From contig CBDHHL010000056.1 of assembly GCA_965263355.1 (NCBI GenBank), positions 864,001 to 928,000 of the forward strand: DNA of 64,000 nucleotides, in the 5' to 3' direction. Of the stretch, positions 30,301 through 39,600 are shown in pieces (the first letter of the stretch is position 1; each line of letters starts with the position of its first letter). The stretch is from Leptolyngbyaceae cyanobacterium. GTDB lineage: Bacteria > Cyanobacteriota > Cyanobacteriia > Phormidesmidales > Phormidesmidaceae. The translations under genes were made by a program, and so were the position numbers. Below the pieces are notes generated by a model. The model was not told the DNA's origin, did no database searches, and saw nothing but the letters and a program-made list of their open reading frames with translations.

Positions 30301-31807
30301 CTGCATACGTTAGATGCTCCTGGCCAAATTCTATCGCTAACTTATCAGGTGTTCGCTTTACTTGAGATTCAAACAATTCATGGACACACAGCCTTTCGGG
30401 ATAAATTTGCGCCGTGTTATTCCAGTCCACCAATAGCTGATGCCGTTCTGCTTGAGTCAGTAATGGCATCTCTCCCACAGGCAACTGCGGTGTTTCTAGA
30501 ACCGCTTCCAATAACATCGAAAAATGGTTCACCATACGGCGAACAGTCTCTGCCTTAAACAAATCAACGTTATATTCCCAAATCCCTGTTAACCCCTCTG
30601 GGGTTTCTTGCATCGTCAAAGTCAGATCAAACTTCGATGTGGTCTCTTCAAATTCAAGAGGAGATAGGGTTAGCCCCGGCAGCTCAAGATTACCTTCAGG
30701 TGCATTTTGCAGGACAAACATGACCTGAACCAAAGGACTGTAACTCGGTGAACGCTCCACATTCAGAGCATCCACAACATGAGAGAAGGGCAAATCCTGA
30801 TGCACATAAGCATCAAGGGTCATCTGACGAACCTGGCGCAAAAGCTCTTCAAACGTTGAGTTCTCATCAATTTGTAGCCGTAGCGCTAAAGTATTCGCAA
30901 AAAAGCCGATGAGAGATTCAAATTCCTTCCGAGTACGGTTTGCAATCGGAGAACCAATCACCATATCTTTCTGGCCACTGTAACGGCATAGCAGAGTACC
31001 GAATACAGCAAGCAGTAACATAAACAGAGTAGTCTTCTGTTGTTGAGCCAACTGTTTTAAGCGTTGGCTCAAATCCATCCCCAGATTAAACGTAACAGTC
31101 TGCCCCTGGCCTGTTTGCACTGCAGGGCGAGGGTGATCGGTTGGTAGCTCAAGTAAAGTAGGAGCCTCAGTCAACTGGTTGGTCCAATAGTTTAATAATT
31201 TGTCAAGGGTCGGTCCTAATAAAAGTTCTCGCTGCCAATCAGCAAAGTCGCCATATTGAATGGCTAATTCTGGCAAAGTCGGTAATTTGCCTTGGCAGTA
31301 AGCTGGATAAAGAACAGAGATTTCCTTCACCATTACGCCAGTTGACCAAGCATCGGCGATAATATGATGTAACGTGAGCAAGAGTACGTGTTCAGTTGGC
31401 TCTAGACGCAGCAACTGAACTCGCACCAAATACGACTGACCCAAGTCAAAACCAGTCGTTTCCTCTTCCATCGCCCGTCGCTTCACTTCAGTGGCGGCAG
31501 CAGCTGGTTCTAGAGAACTCAAATCAATCAGTGGAAAATCTAACCAGGCTGTGGGAGAAATAACCTGAACCGCGACATTATCAATAACTTCAATGGTTGT
31601 CCGTAGAACTTCATGACGTTCTTGAATGGTCTGGATAGACTGCCTCAAAGCCTCAACATTCAGCTCGCCCTGCAGACGAATTACGGAAGAAATATTGTAG
31701 GCTGCACTCTCTGGATCCATTTGGTAAAGAATCCAGAGACGCTCCTGGGTATACGATAGCGGGTAAATAAAAATTTCTTCCGATAGGGGCGAGACTGTCA
31801 TGACCAA
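21338..31807 (-). CDS. Terminal NRPS: C-A(Lys/Arg-like)-T-C-A(Orn-like)-T-C-A(Orn-like)-T-TE
   Basis: Three HHxxxD C motifs, three YTSGSTG A domains, T motifs GGNSL/GGHSL/GGHSL, TE GWCLGG...GDH. Hand-read codes are DAEDIGNIVK, DVGEVASIDK and DVGEVGSIDK. Confidence 0.95.
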   Translation of the reverse strand: MVMTVSPLSEEIFIYPLSYTQERLWILYQMDPESAAYNISSVIRLQGELNVEALRQSIQTIQERHEVLRTTIEVIDNVAVQVISPTAWLDFPLIDLSSLEPAAAATEVKRRAMEEETTGFDLGQSYLVRVQLLRLEPTEHVLLLTLHHIIADAWSTGVMVKEISVLYPAYCQGKLPTLPELAIQYGDFADWQRELLLGPTLDKLLNYWTNQLTEAPTLLELPTDHPRPAVQTGQGQTVTFNLGMDLSQRLKQLAQQQKTTLFMLLLAVFGTLLCRYSGQKDMVIGSPIANRTRKEFESLIGFFANTLALRLQIDENSTFEELLRQVRQMTLDAYVHQDLPFSHVVDALNVERSPSYSPLVQVMFVLQNAPEGNLELPGLTLSPLEFEETTSKFDLTLTMQETPEGLTGIWEYNVDLFKAETVRRMVNHFSMLLEAVLETPQLPVGEMPLLTQAERHQLLVDWNNTAQIYPERLCVHELFESQVKRTPDKLAIEFGQEHLTYAELNSLANQLAHHLRGLGVGPDVLVGISIERSLNMMVGIFGILKAGGAYVPLDPTYPRERSAYILSDSAVSVLVTQESLVAGLPDHQSQVVCLDTDWAAIAAQPTNNPTSGVSLENLVYIIYTSGSTGQPKGVMTPHGALLEISQSLRTEYGINENDRILQFASISFDASAEEIYTGLTCGATLILRTDEFLTSGPGLMQACQQWQLSILDLPTAYWHQLVDELALAVWEIPKLLRLVILGGEKARLEHVRRWHKTIADRWSQNGLDRPLLVNNYGPTEVTIVATSCFLTPPDSDTTQAQEISIGKPIRNVQVYLLNSQLQPVPIGVTGEIHVGGAGLARGYLNRPDITAERFIDNPFDSGRLYKTGDLARYLPDGNLEFLGRIDNQVKIRGFRIELGEIEAAVSAYPRIQQSVAIVREDTPGNQRLVAYFVSSDEQINPNDLRNFLKVQLPNYMMPSAFVQLDGLPLTPNGKVDQRALPLPPTQLENDVSFVAPSNPTEQTTADIFANVLGFDAVSIQQNFFELGGNSLLATQAISRLRQAFQLEIPLRTLFEAPTVMELSLLIDEVLTEELVETAPPIVPIPRDADTPVPLSWAQERLWFLNQLEGPSTTYNMSTALQVQGPLDVDSLNQAFEEIIQRHEVLRTCFQSEDSASPIQVILPTVPFQLQFVDLQGVSPTELETRLQQQITEENQTPFDLSAPPLIRVRLVQQAPEAYLLLIIRHHIVSDAWSDEIIIRELQTLYRAFAQGQPSPLPPLTIQYADFAQWQRQWLRDEVLQQQLDYWRDYLADLPPLLELPTDHPRPAVQTYRGQTYQFTLAQELIQPFKQLAESTGATPFMVMLATFSLLLHRYSGQEDIAVGTPIANRNRTEVEQLIGFFVNTLVLRSQFSNNLSFLDILEQIRQGALGSYGHQDVPFEQVVEALRPERNLSYSPLFQVMFDWESAANRSMDVLGLTMNFVHTNDVTSKFDLTLTMVEEDAKIVGIWEYNTDLFEQATIIRLTQHFETLLAGILANPTANISQFPLLTDAERQQFISWNDTTLSYSPTEGIHQLFEQQVERTPEAIALVSGERTLTYQQLNQQANQLAHELQSVGVGPDAMVGICLERSPDLLISVLAVLKAGGAYLPLESSYPKERIAYMLENAGVTVLISQRSCLDALPASVTHANAPVLLIDDNQQRLEHPAENLSLSTTKDNLAYVIYTSGSTGQPKGVAVAHRSLVNAYFAWEAAYHLREQTSSHLQMASFSFDVFTGDWVRALCSGAKLVLCPREILLESALLYQLMCREAVDCAEFVPAVFRELVSYLDTTEQTLDFMTVLVVASDFWLMGEYQRFRQICGPQTRLINSYGVTEATIDSCYFEAPGDTAMAWPQDMAVPIGRPFSNIQLHVLDQRAQPVPLGVVGELHIGGAGLARGYLHRDDLTAERFIPNPFGEGRLYKTGDLACYRADGNIEFLGRSDNQVKIRGFRIELGELEAVLLGHPQVSGAIVVARDDQPGSSYLAAYVVPTEPALSAKDLRQFLKQTLPAHMVPSAFTFLEKLPLTPNGKVDRRALPTPTVDVSQTADMVVPRTPIEQAIADSFAIVLSQDTQAPLVGAYDSFFELGGHSLLATQVVSRLRQTFQTEIPLRALFEAPTPAELATLIHDTLTGDQEQVAPPIVPIPHVADQPLPLSWAQERLWFLDQLEGPNSTYNMPLAIQLQGPLDIPSLGQALDELVQRHEILRTYFRNHGGTPMQWIEPAVSLDLELVDLQTVEVNEQTRRIQQQLAENAHTPFDLAKAPLLRTVLLKVAAEDHILLATMHHIVADEWSMGILIQELTTLYSAFTQGQSSPLPGLTLQYRDFAHWQRQWLQGDVLQRQLAYWQDYLTDAPALLELPTDYPRPAQQTYRGQQQTFVLSPELCPQLKRLAQTTGTTLFMVLFAAFSLLLHRYSGQDDIVVGTPIANRNRSEIEGLIGFFVNTLALRSQLTDSLTFTDLLEQVRQSALGGYSHQDVPFEQVVEAVQPDRNLSHSPLFQVMFDWHSSSNAALELPGLTMTTLEPETVTAMFDLTLTMTESEAGIEGIWEYSTDLFKPDTIERLTRHFQILLAGILAQPQLQVTQLPLLSQAERQQVLVSWNDTQVTYAQDLCIHQLFEQQVERQPDAIAVVFNGDTLTYQALNAQANQLAHTLQAQGVGSDTLVGIYLERSPALLVSLLAILKVGAAYLPLDIRYPQERIAYMLQDAAVSVLITQKSGLDRLPQQDAQVICLDTHQDIVHAPVGNPVAPVAQDSRAYVIYTSGSTGQPKGVAVAHRSLVNAYFAWEDAYQLKQRTSSHLQMASFSFDVFTGDWVRALCSGAKLVLCPREILLDAEQLYSLICREAVDCAEFVPAVFRQLANYLENSHQNLNFMRVLVVGSDFWSMAEYQKFRRICGEQTRLINSYGVTEATIDSCYFELQGDDNAADVAVPIGRPFANTQLYVLDPAMQPVPVGVTGDLYIGGAGLSLGYLHRPQLTAEKFIRNPFGPGRLYCTGDLARYQADGNVEFLGRRDQQVKLRGFRIELGELEATLQKHPQVREAIAIVRADDPSNKQLVVYVVTSNEDISPISLREFLKEQLPDYMVPNAFVYLDALPLTPNGKINRKALPAPEYQPPSDRLFVAPRNHLELQLSQIWSEVLKVESIGIVDDFFDLGGHSLLAVSLMSRIHEKLGHTLPLVTLFQGATIEQQAMLLQQTIQQGSEPPTWSPLTPLQPQGTLPPLFLIHPGGGSVLNYQKLVSYLGQDRPIYGLEARGFEPGQPADNSIETMAKDYLQVIKTVQPEGPYHLAGWCLGGTIAWEMAQQLTRNGEQPPRLIFMDVNSLMAVDQIPDATDLLAELVGRHLALPSDELNGLNRHLRTMSWEDQLTYIISEAERRNISLSPGFGVEQLNCIVQVQTGHEQAAQTYVPQPYSGELVLLQAKDGVANQADDPTLGWHDLAQQVTFDWVPGDHMSMMRDPQHVKVLAQQLQAYLN

Positions 31808-31837
31808 CCTTTACATTAAAATGAGTTAAAAACTAAG

Positions 31838-32632
31838 TTAAATTTGAGCTTCGAGCACCATTTCGGGATTTGAACTTTCAATATCAATTGAATTTACTGA
31901 GGCAAATTCCTGAGCGAGAAGTGTCAATGGATCTAGAAAACTGCGTCGTTGGCCATCACCGTTTTGAGAGAATATCCCATGGTCAGCAAATCGGCTTAGC
32001 AAATGCAATTCTGTACAACCAACAATAACTGAATCAACCACATACTTTTTTCGTAAATGTTCTACAAAATGGCAGGCAGAACGAATTGATATATCATTAG
32101 CCTTAACCTGATATATCATCTCATGAACAGCATCTTGATCAGCCTTATTTGGGGAAAGGATATAGGGTTCAGCCCTACCCCAAAGTGAGCTTCTCGGAAA
32201 GATATCTAACTGACGTGTACCATTGGTACAAAGTAACAAATGGGTCGTTTTCCGAACAGCCACCTCACTAAGAATCGTATCAATCAAGCAAATCGTTCGG
32301 TCTCGAAGATTAAGGGGAAGCTGGGGCAGCAAATAGTGACAGGTGATGCAACAAATGACAATTTTCGAAACCTTTAAATCATGCAAATAATTTAAAGCCT
32401 CAATCAGTTTGCTCAGCAAAACATCGTAATTTCCAGTCAGTAATGCTTGAGTCCGATCGGGAAACGTCGGATCAGAATAGGTGACAACCCTGGGTGCCGC
32501 CTGTTCACATTTTCCCCTAAGACCATAGGCATAAATTGTCTTGAGAAATTCTGCAGAGGCCAAGGGACCCATACCGCCTAAAATACCAAGCAGATCTGCT
32601 TCTGATGTTGTTGTCGGCTGTAAATACTTCAC
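31838..32632 (-). CDS. Aspartate/glutamate racemase (McyF-like, PLP-independent)
   Basis: GILGGMGPLAS, PDRT, CCITCHY and GCTELH two-Cys motifs. Confidence 0.9.
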   Translation of the reverse strand: MKYLQPTTTSEADLLGILGGMGPLASAEFLKTIYAYGLRGKCEQAAPRVVTYSDPTFPDRTQALLTGNYDVLLSKLIEALNYLHDLKVSKIVICCITCHYLLPQLPLNLRDRTICLIDTILSEVAVRKTTHLLLCTNGTRQLDIFPRSSLWGRAEPYILSPNKADQDAVHEMIYQVKANDISIRSACHFVEHLRKKYVVDSVIVGCTELHLLSRFADHGIFSQNGDGQRRSFLDPLTLLAQEFASVNSIDIESSNPEMVLEAQI

Positions 32633-32695
32633 ATTAGATCCGCCAGATAATTTAAACCTTACCCTGCCCAGAACGGTCGTTCTTCCAGTATTGGA

Positions 32696-33511
32696 CTACA
32701 CACTTTGCATTAACCTAGGCTCTTCTAAAGCATCCTTATGTAAAGCCTCGATTGCTAGACAATTGCGACTAACTAAAAACTCTGGACGACGATTTTCAGT
32801 TTTTACAGGTACATTTTCAACACTGTTGTAGGTAATAATGACAATATTGCGAGAAAATGGCGAAATATTATTAGCTGACCCATGAATACAGTTAGGGTGA
32901 AACAGTAAAACTGACCCTGGTGCACCAGTAGGCGCAATGATGCCATGTTTATGCACTAGTTCCGTCACAGTTTGATGGGGCAGCACATACTTCAGATCAG
33001 CACTGACATTTGCCTCCCAGCCGTCACCTCGAGCACCAACCTGAATTTTTCCTTCCCGATGGGAATCGGGAATTAGAAATAAAGGCCCATTAAACTGATT
33101 CACCTCATCTAGAAAGATAAGAATATTCAAAGCCCTCGGCGCTAGCATCCCATCTTCTTCGGCCCAAAAGATAAAGTCCTGATGCCAGGGCCAGGAGTCT
33201 CCAGAAAAAGAGGCTTTCGTATTAATCTTGAACTGGTAAACGTAAACTTGGCTTGCCAAAATTTGAATAGCTGGTTGAACCAATCGAGGCAACCGAGTGA
33301 GATCGCTCAAAATGCGATTACGGGCGTGGCTTCCATGGAGAGCCCGTACGGTTTTTCCACTTTTTTCAAAAACCCGTCCAACGTTGTCTTTTTGGATAAG
33401 AGAAGGGATTTCCGATCTGAGTAATTCAATTTCAGCAGATGAGAAATAGTTGGACAAAAAAAGATATCCATGCTGCTGATAAAATTTTAAGTCTTCATCA
33501 GTTAAAAACAT
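32696..33511 (-). CDS. PhyH/EctD-family Fe(II)/2OG dioxygenase, L-proline trans-4-hydroxylase-like
   Basis: VYVYQFKINTK, WPWHQDFIFWAEEDGM, NGPL, HGSANNISP and RPEFL closely resemble actinobacterial proline 4-hydroxylase (from memory). Confidence 0.82.
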   Translation of the reverse strand: MFLTDEDLKFYQQHGYLFLSNYFSSAEIELLRSEIPSLIQKDNVGRVFEKSGKTVRALHGSHARNRILSDLTRLPRLVQPAIQILASQVYVYQFKINTKASFSGDSWPWHQDFIFWAEEDGMLAPRALNILIFLDEVNQFNGPLFLIPDSHREGKIQVGARGDGWEANVSADLKYVLPHQTVTELVHKHGIIAPTGAPGSVLLFHPNCIHGSANNISPFSRNIVIITYNSVENVPVKTENRRPEFLVSRNCLAIEALHKDALEEPRLMQSV

Positions 33512-33623
33512 ACATCTGCCTCTTAGTCGTTAACTTGCATGGAATATAAATTGGCTGAACTGCCCCTGAGCAACCTGTCAAATTCCTAAGAAAGTCTTTG
33601 ACTGCTGAGTATACATAGAAGGG

Positions 33624-36600
33624 CTACGGTTTATCTTTACCCCATAATTCCTCCTTAAGATTATCGGGAACAATCAGCGTCCCGTCAGCAGAACGCTGTA
33701 TTTTCCGTCGTCTCCGCTTTGGAATTAGATTGCTAGTTGTCGACTCTGTATTCTTTTTACCCTGCTGATGGTCTGCAACTATCTGCGCCAGAGCAGCAAC
33801 AGTAGGGGATTCAAAAAATGTTCGAAGCGATAGCTCTAAGCCAAACGTTTGACTTATACGTGCGACAACTTGGGTTGCTTGTAATGAATGTCCTCCCAAG
33901 GCAAAAAAGCTATCGTGGATATCAATAGAATCCTGTTTTAGGATATCGCCCATGATATTTGCCAGACTAATCTCAGTAGGGTTGCGAGGAGGGACAGATA
34001 GGGGACGACGTATGGTGAATTCTGGGTCTGGCAAAGCATTGCGGTCAACCTTGCCACTTGCAGTCAGCGGGAGAGATGTTAACTCCATATAGACAGAAGG
34101 AATCAAATGAGCAGGCAACTGCTTGAGTAAATAGGTATTGAGCTGATCTCGATCAATGCCTTGGGGGGTCTTAGGAACAATGTAAGCCACTAAAACCTGG
34201 TTTCCGTCTGGATTAATACGACCAACAATAACAGTCTGACCAACGTCTGGATGCTGATGGAGTCTGGATTCAATTTCTCCAGGTTGAACCCGTGTACCTC
34301 GAATTTTTAGCTGACCATCCAATCGATCTAAAACTTCTAAACTGCCATCTGGCAAGTAACGCCCCTGATCGCCTGTGTAATACAGTAAATCTTCCTGATC
34401 GCTGCGGAAAGGATTGGGTACAAAGCAAGGGTTTGAAGTAGCTGATGTATTGATATAGCCAAATGTTCGAAAGGGTGTACGCACCACAATTTCGCCAATT
34501 TCGCCGATGCCACAGGGTTGGTTAACAGCCCTCAATACTAAATTTTGAGTCTGAGGCAACGGCCACCCTACTGACTGTATGCCTGGTCGCACTTGCTCAG
34601 GAATCGGGTAATAGGACTTAACCATGGTTGTTTCCGTAGCCCCATAAAGATTAATCAGCTTGCCAGATCCTGGGAAAGCTTGCTTCCATTGGCCAATGAG
34701 CGTATCCGTTAAAGGTTCACCTGAAAAGAATGTGGCCCGTAAGGTAGATAGCGTAACGTCATTGGGTGCATTTGAAATCCAGTACTGGGCAACTGTGGGT
34801 ACTGTATGAATAACAGAAATCTTTTCATTCTCAAGCCATCTCAAGAGATGTTCACTACTGACCTCATCATCTGGCGGTAAGCAAAGGGTTGCCCCGCTGG
34901 TTAGGGGTAAGAAAATATCCCGCAACAGCGCATCAAAGGATAATCGAATTAATTGAGCAACCCGATCCCCAGGCCCCACCTGGAAGGTTTCTCGCTGCCA
35001 ATCAACAAAATGGGCAATTCCTTTATGGGAGCCCATTACCCCTTTAGGCATTCCAGTACTGCCAGACGTGAAGAAAATATATGCTGGTTGTTCACCATGC
35101 ACGTGAGGGAGTGACCTATGGATATCATCAACACTGTGATTTTCTTGGGGAGAACGCTTGTCCACAGGCTTAATATCTGAGCCAGCCAGTAATTTAATGG
35201 ATGCTGACAACCAATCCTTGGGAGATTCCGAATCCAGCGCGATTAGATAACCAACATTAGCTGCTTGCACCATGAGTTGAAGGCGTTGTGTTGGCAAGTT
35301 TGGATCAAGCGTCAGCAAGACGGAGCCACTTAGAAGAATGCCAACAATATGAACAATTAATTCAAAGCACCGATTCCCATAAACCGCTACTACATCTCCT
35401 GTCTTAACTCCTGCCTTAATAAGATTCTCTGCCACATGTTCAGCATAGTTAAATAACTGCTGATAGGTCCAGCTTTGCTCTGCTTGAGTAATAGCAATGT
35501 GCTCTGGCTGTTGATTGGACCAACTCCTAATCAGATCCGTAATAGGAGAAAATTGAGGCTCCTCCAAAGGTAGAACTGGATCAGGTAGCAATGATTTAGT
35601 TTTAGGTGTGAGTAAGGAATAGTTCTGAATAGGCTGGTCTGGCAATAACACAATTTGTTCCAGGAGTGCTTTGAATTGATCCAGGAAAATCTCCATGCGT
35701 TCAGCCGAAAAGAGCGAGCGTCGATAAACTAACTCCAGTGTCAGACCAGTACTTTCATCATCTCTCGGTTCATATACATACAGTGTTATCCAGAACTTAG
35801 ACTCTAGCTCCGGCATCTCCAGCATTTCAAATTCCAAACCTTCCATTTCCAGCGCTGTTGCTGTGGGCTGCATCAGGTTTAGCATGACATCAAATATAGG
35901 ATGACGCTCAAGGGAACGCTCTGGCTGCAGGATTTTTACTAGTTGTTCGAAGGGCACATCCTGATTGCTATAAGCTGCAAGCGTCACTTCCCGAACATGA
36001 CTTAATAAGTCTTGGAATGTTGTTATTCCTGACAAATCAACACGAATTGGTAGTGTATTAATAAAGAATCCAATCAGATCAGTCGTTCCTGGGTGCTGAC
36101 GGCCCGCAATCGGTGTCCCTATAATGATGTCAGTCTGATCGGTCTGACGGGAAAGTAAAAGGTTAAATGCTGCTAACAATGCCATGAAGAGCGTAACATT
36201 CTCGCGTTGGCTTAACGCTTTAAGCTTCTGACTAAGAGATACTGACAGCAGACAGGAACACCTTGCCCCTTCGTTGTTTATTTTCTTTAAATTGGTGGAG
36301 TCTGTTGGCAACCTCAAAACAGGTAAATCTCCTGACAGGTGCTGTTTCCAGTAACTCAATTGTGAATCTAGGGTGTCGCTGAGTACATGGCGTTGCCAGT
36401 AAGCATAGTCAGCATACTGATTGACTAAGGGAACTAAAGGAGATATTTGTCGTTGTTGATAAGCACCGTAAAGAGTCACAAATTCTCGAATCAAGATTTC
36501 ACTTGACCAGCCATCAAAGATGGCATGGTGCAGTGTCAGCAGTAAAACATTAGATTGTGGGGTTAAGCGTAGCAGTCGCAAGCGTAACAAGGGTCCTTTA

Positions 36601-39600
36601 GCAAGACTAAATGGAGCTTGAGCTTCTGCATTAATACTTTGCTGTAGTATCTCAGGGTGTTGCTCAGCTGAACTATTACTTAAGTCTTCAATTGGAATTG
36701 ATAAATCAGAAATAGGGGCGATTGCCTGGATTGGTTTTCCTTCCACCATTGGAAAGGTAGTCCGTAAACTTTCATGACGCGCGATCACTCCGCTCAGGGC
36801 AGATTCCAATGCAACAATATCAATCTGACCTGTAATCTTCAACGCTACAGGAATACTATAGGCCGCATTTGAACCATCTAGCTGCTCCAGAAACCAGAGC
36901 CGTTCCTGGGACCAGCTCAGGGGCAATGGGATATCAGCATCTCGGGGGACGGCAGTCATGGGAGCAATCGCCCGTCTTGACTGTCCAGTCAGAGCTTGCT
37001 GAATTCGCTGATCCAGTTCAGCTACAGTAGGGGCTTCAAATAGTTCACGTAATGGCAATTCAAGCTGGAAGGTGTCTCGCAGTTTGGCAATTGCTTGAGT
37101 CGCCAACAAAGAATGTCCTCCCAACTCGAAGAAGCTACTGTGGATACTAATAGAATCTAGCCCTAGCACCGAAGCAAAAATGGTGGCAATGCTCTCCTCA
37201 GTAGGGGTGCGAGGGGCCATGAAGTCTCCATCTAAGTTTGGTTCAAACGTTGGCACAGGAAGTGCCTTGCGATCTACCTTGCCATTGGGGGTTAGAGGCA
37301 GGGTCTCTAACTGCACAAAAGCACTCGGCAACATGTAGGTTGGTAATTGCCCCGTAAGAAAGTCCCGTAACTCTCCTGACGTAAGTTGATTGTCTTGACT
37401 AACTACATAAGCAACTAACTGTGGGTCTGCTTGATTATCATCTCGAGCAATGACAATAACCTGTTGAACTTTGGGATGGCTAGATAAGATAGACTCGATT
37501 TCCCCAAGCTCAATGCGGAAACCGCGAATCTTTACTTGGTGATCAAGGCGGCCCAAAAATTCAATCTTGCCATCCACCAAATATCGGGTTAAATCTCCGG
37601 TTTTGTAAAGGCGACCTGAGCCAAAAGGATTAGGAATAAATTTCTGAGCCGTTAATTCTGGACGATTGCGGTAGCCACGGGCTACTCCATCACCGCCAAT
37701 ATACAGTTCTCCCACAACTCCAATAGGCACTGGTTGCAGCTGAGCATCCAGAATATAGAGCTGAGTATTAGCAATAGGACGACCAATAGGAATAGATGTT
37801 GTCAGGTGATCATTGGGGCTAACGTCATAAGTACAGCATCCAACTACAGTCTCAGTGGGGCCATATTCGTTGATAAGTCTTGTCTCTGGCGCATGGGTCA
37901 ACCAGGGAGAAATAATATCGTTCGTTAGTGCTTCTCCGCCAATCACAAAAGCTTGGGTCTGATGAGCTAGCTTTTCTGCTGGCAGAAGAAAAGCGAGAAG
38001 CTTTAGATGGGCAGGTGTTAGTTTGACTAGGCTCAATCGCTCACTAGATTGTAAGGCCGTTGCCAATGCCTCAATATCGGAGTCTGCTGAGAGTAAAAAT
38101 ACCGTTTGTCCCACCAAAAGAGGGGAAAATAAGCCCGTAATGGTAGCATCAAAACCTATTGAAGAATGTACCAGCGCTCCAATTCCTTTTGAATTAAAGT
38201 AAGTGGTTACACACCAGTAAAGGTAATTGGTTAAACCCTGATGGTTAATCTCAACGCCTTTGGGTTGACCTGTTGATCCCGAAGTGTAAATGACGTAGGC
38301 CAAATTGTCTGGGTGTACATCACATGCTACAGGTTCGGTACTGCATGCAGCAATTTTGGACTCATCTCTACCTAGACAAACCACCTGACTATCGTGGGAG
38401 GGCAGTCCTGCCATCAACGTTTCTTGAGTCAGTAACACTGGCGCAGCAGCATCTTGCAACATGTAAAGGAGCCGCTGCTTTGGATAGTTAGGATCAAGGG
38501 GAACATAGGCTCCACCTGCCTTGAGAATTCCCAACAGGCCGACCATCATGTCGAGGGAACGCTCTAAATACAGCCCCACCAATGTCTCCGGTTTTACCCC
38601 TAGTTGCTTTAAATAGTGGGCCAACTGGTTCGCTCGCTGATTTAGCTCTCGGTAAGTTAAATGTTGTGAGCCTAGCGTTACGGCTACAGCATCTGGGGTC
38701 TTTTTTACCTGAGTTTCAAACAATTGATGAATACATTGAGTGTGAGGATACTCAACAGTTGTATCGTTCCACTCGACTAACAACTGATTTCGTTCCTGTG
38801 GCGTCAACAATGGTAATCGCGACACTGACATCTCTGGGGCCGCCACTACTGACTCTAACAACTGCTGCAAATGCCCTGACAGTCGGGCAATAGTCTTGGC
38901 TTCAAACAAATCAGTGCTGTACTCCCAGCTACCCACCAACCCTGACTCTGTTAACTGCATCGACAGCGTCAGATCAAACTTTGTGGTCAGCGTATCTGGT
39001 GCCAATGATGTTAAGGCTAACCCAGGCAACTCCAGAACTTCTTCAGGGGTATTTTGAAACACAAACATCACTTGAAACAGTGGTGCATGACTCAACGAGC
39101 GCTCAGGCTGTAATGCCTCCACTATCTGTTCAAACGGTGCTTCTTGATGGGCATAGCTATCTAAGGTTATCTCACGGACTTGACGTAAAACCTCAGCAAA
39201 ACTCAAATCGTTCTCTAACTGCAAGCGCAACACTAGGGTGTTAGTAAAAAAGCCGATCAGTGGCTCAATTTCGGCACGATTACGATTGGCAATAGGAGAA
39301 CCGATGAGAATATCAGATTGACCACTATAGCGGTAGAGCAATGTCCCAAATCCTGCTAACAGAGTCATGAACAATGTCACACCTGAGCTTTGACTCAACT
39401 TTTCTAACTGTTGTGTTAACTGAGCACTAAAGTGGAAGTCTTGACAGGCACCTTGATGACTTTGTAATGCAGGTCTGGGATAGTCTGTCGGTAACTGCAG
39501 CAGGTTGGGGGGACTGGCTAACTGTTTTCGCCAATAGGCTAGCTGTTGTTCTAAAACATTTCCTTGTAACCAAAGCTGTTGCCATAGGACATAATCCCCA

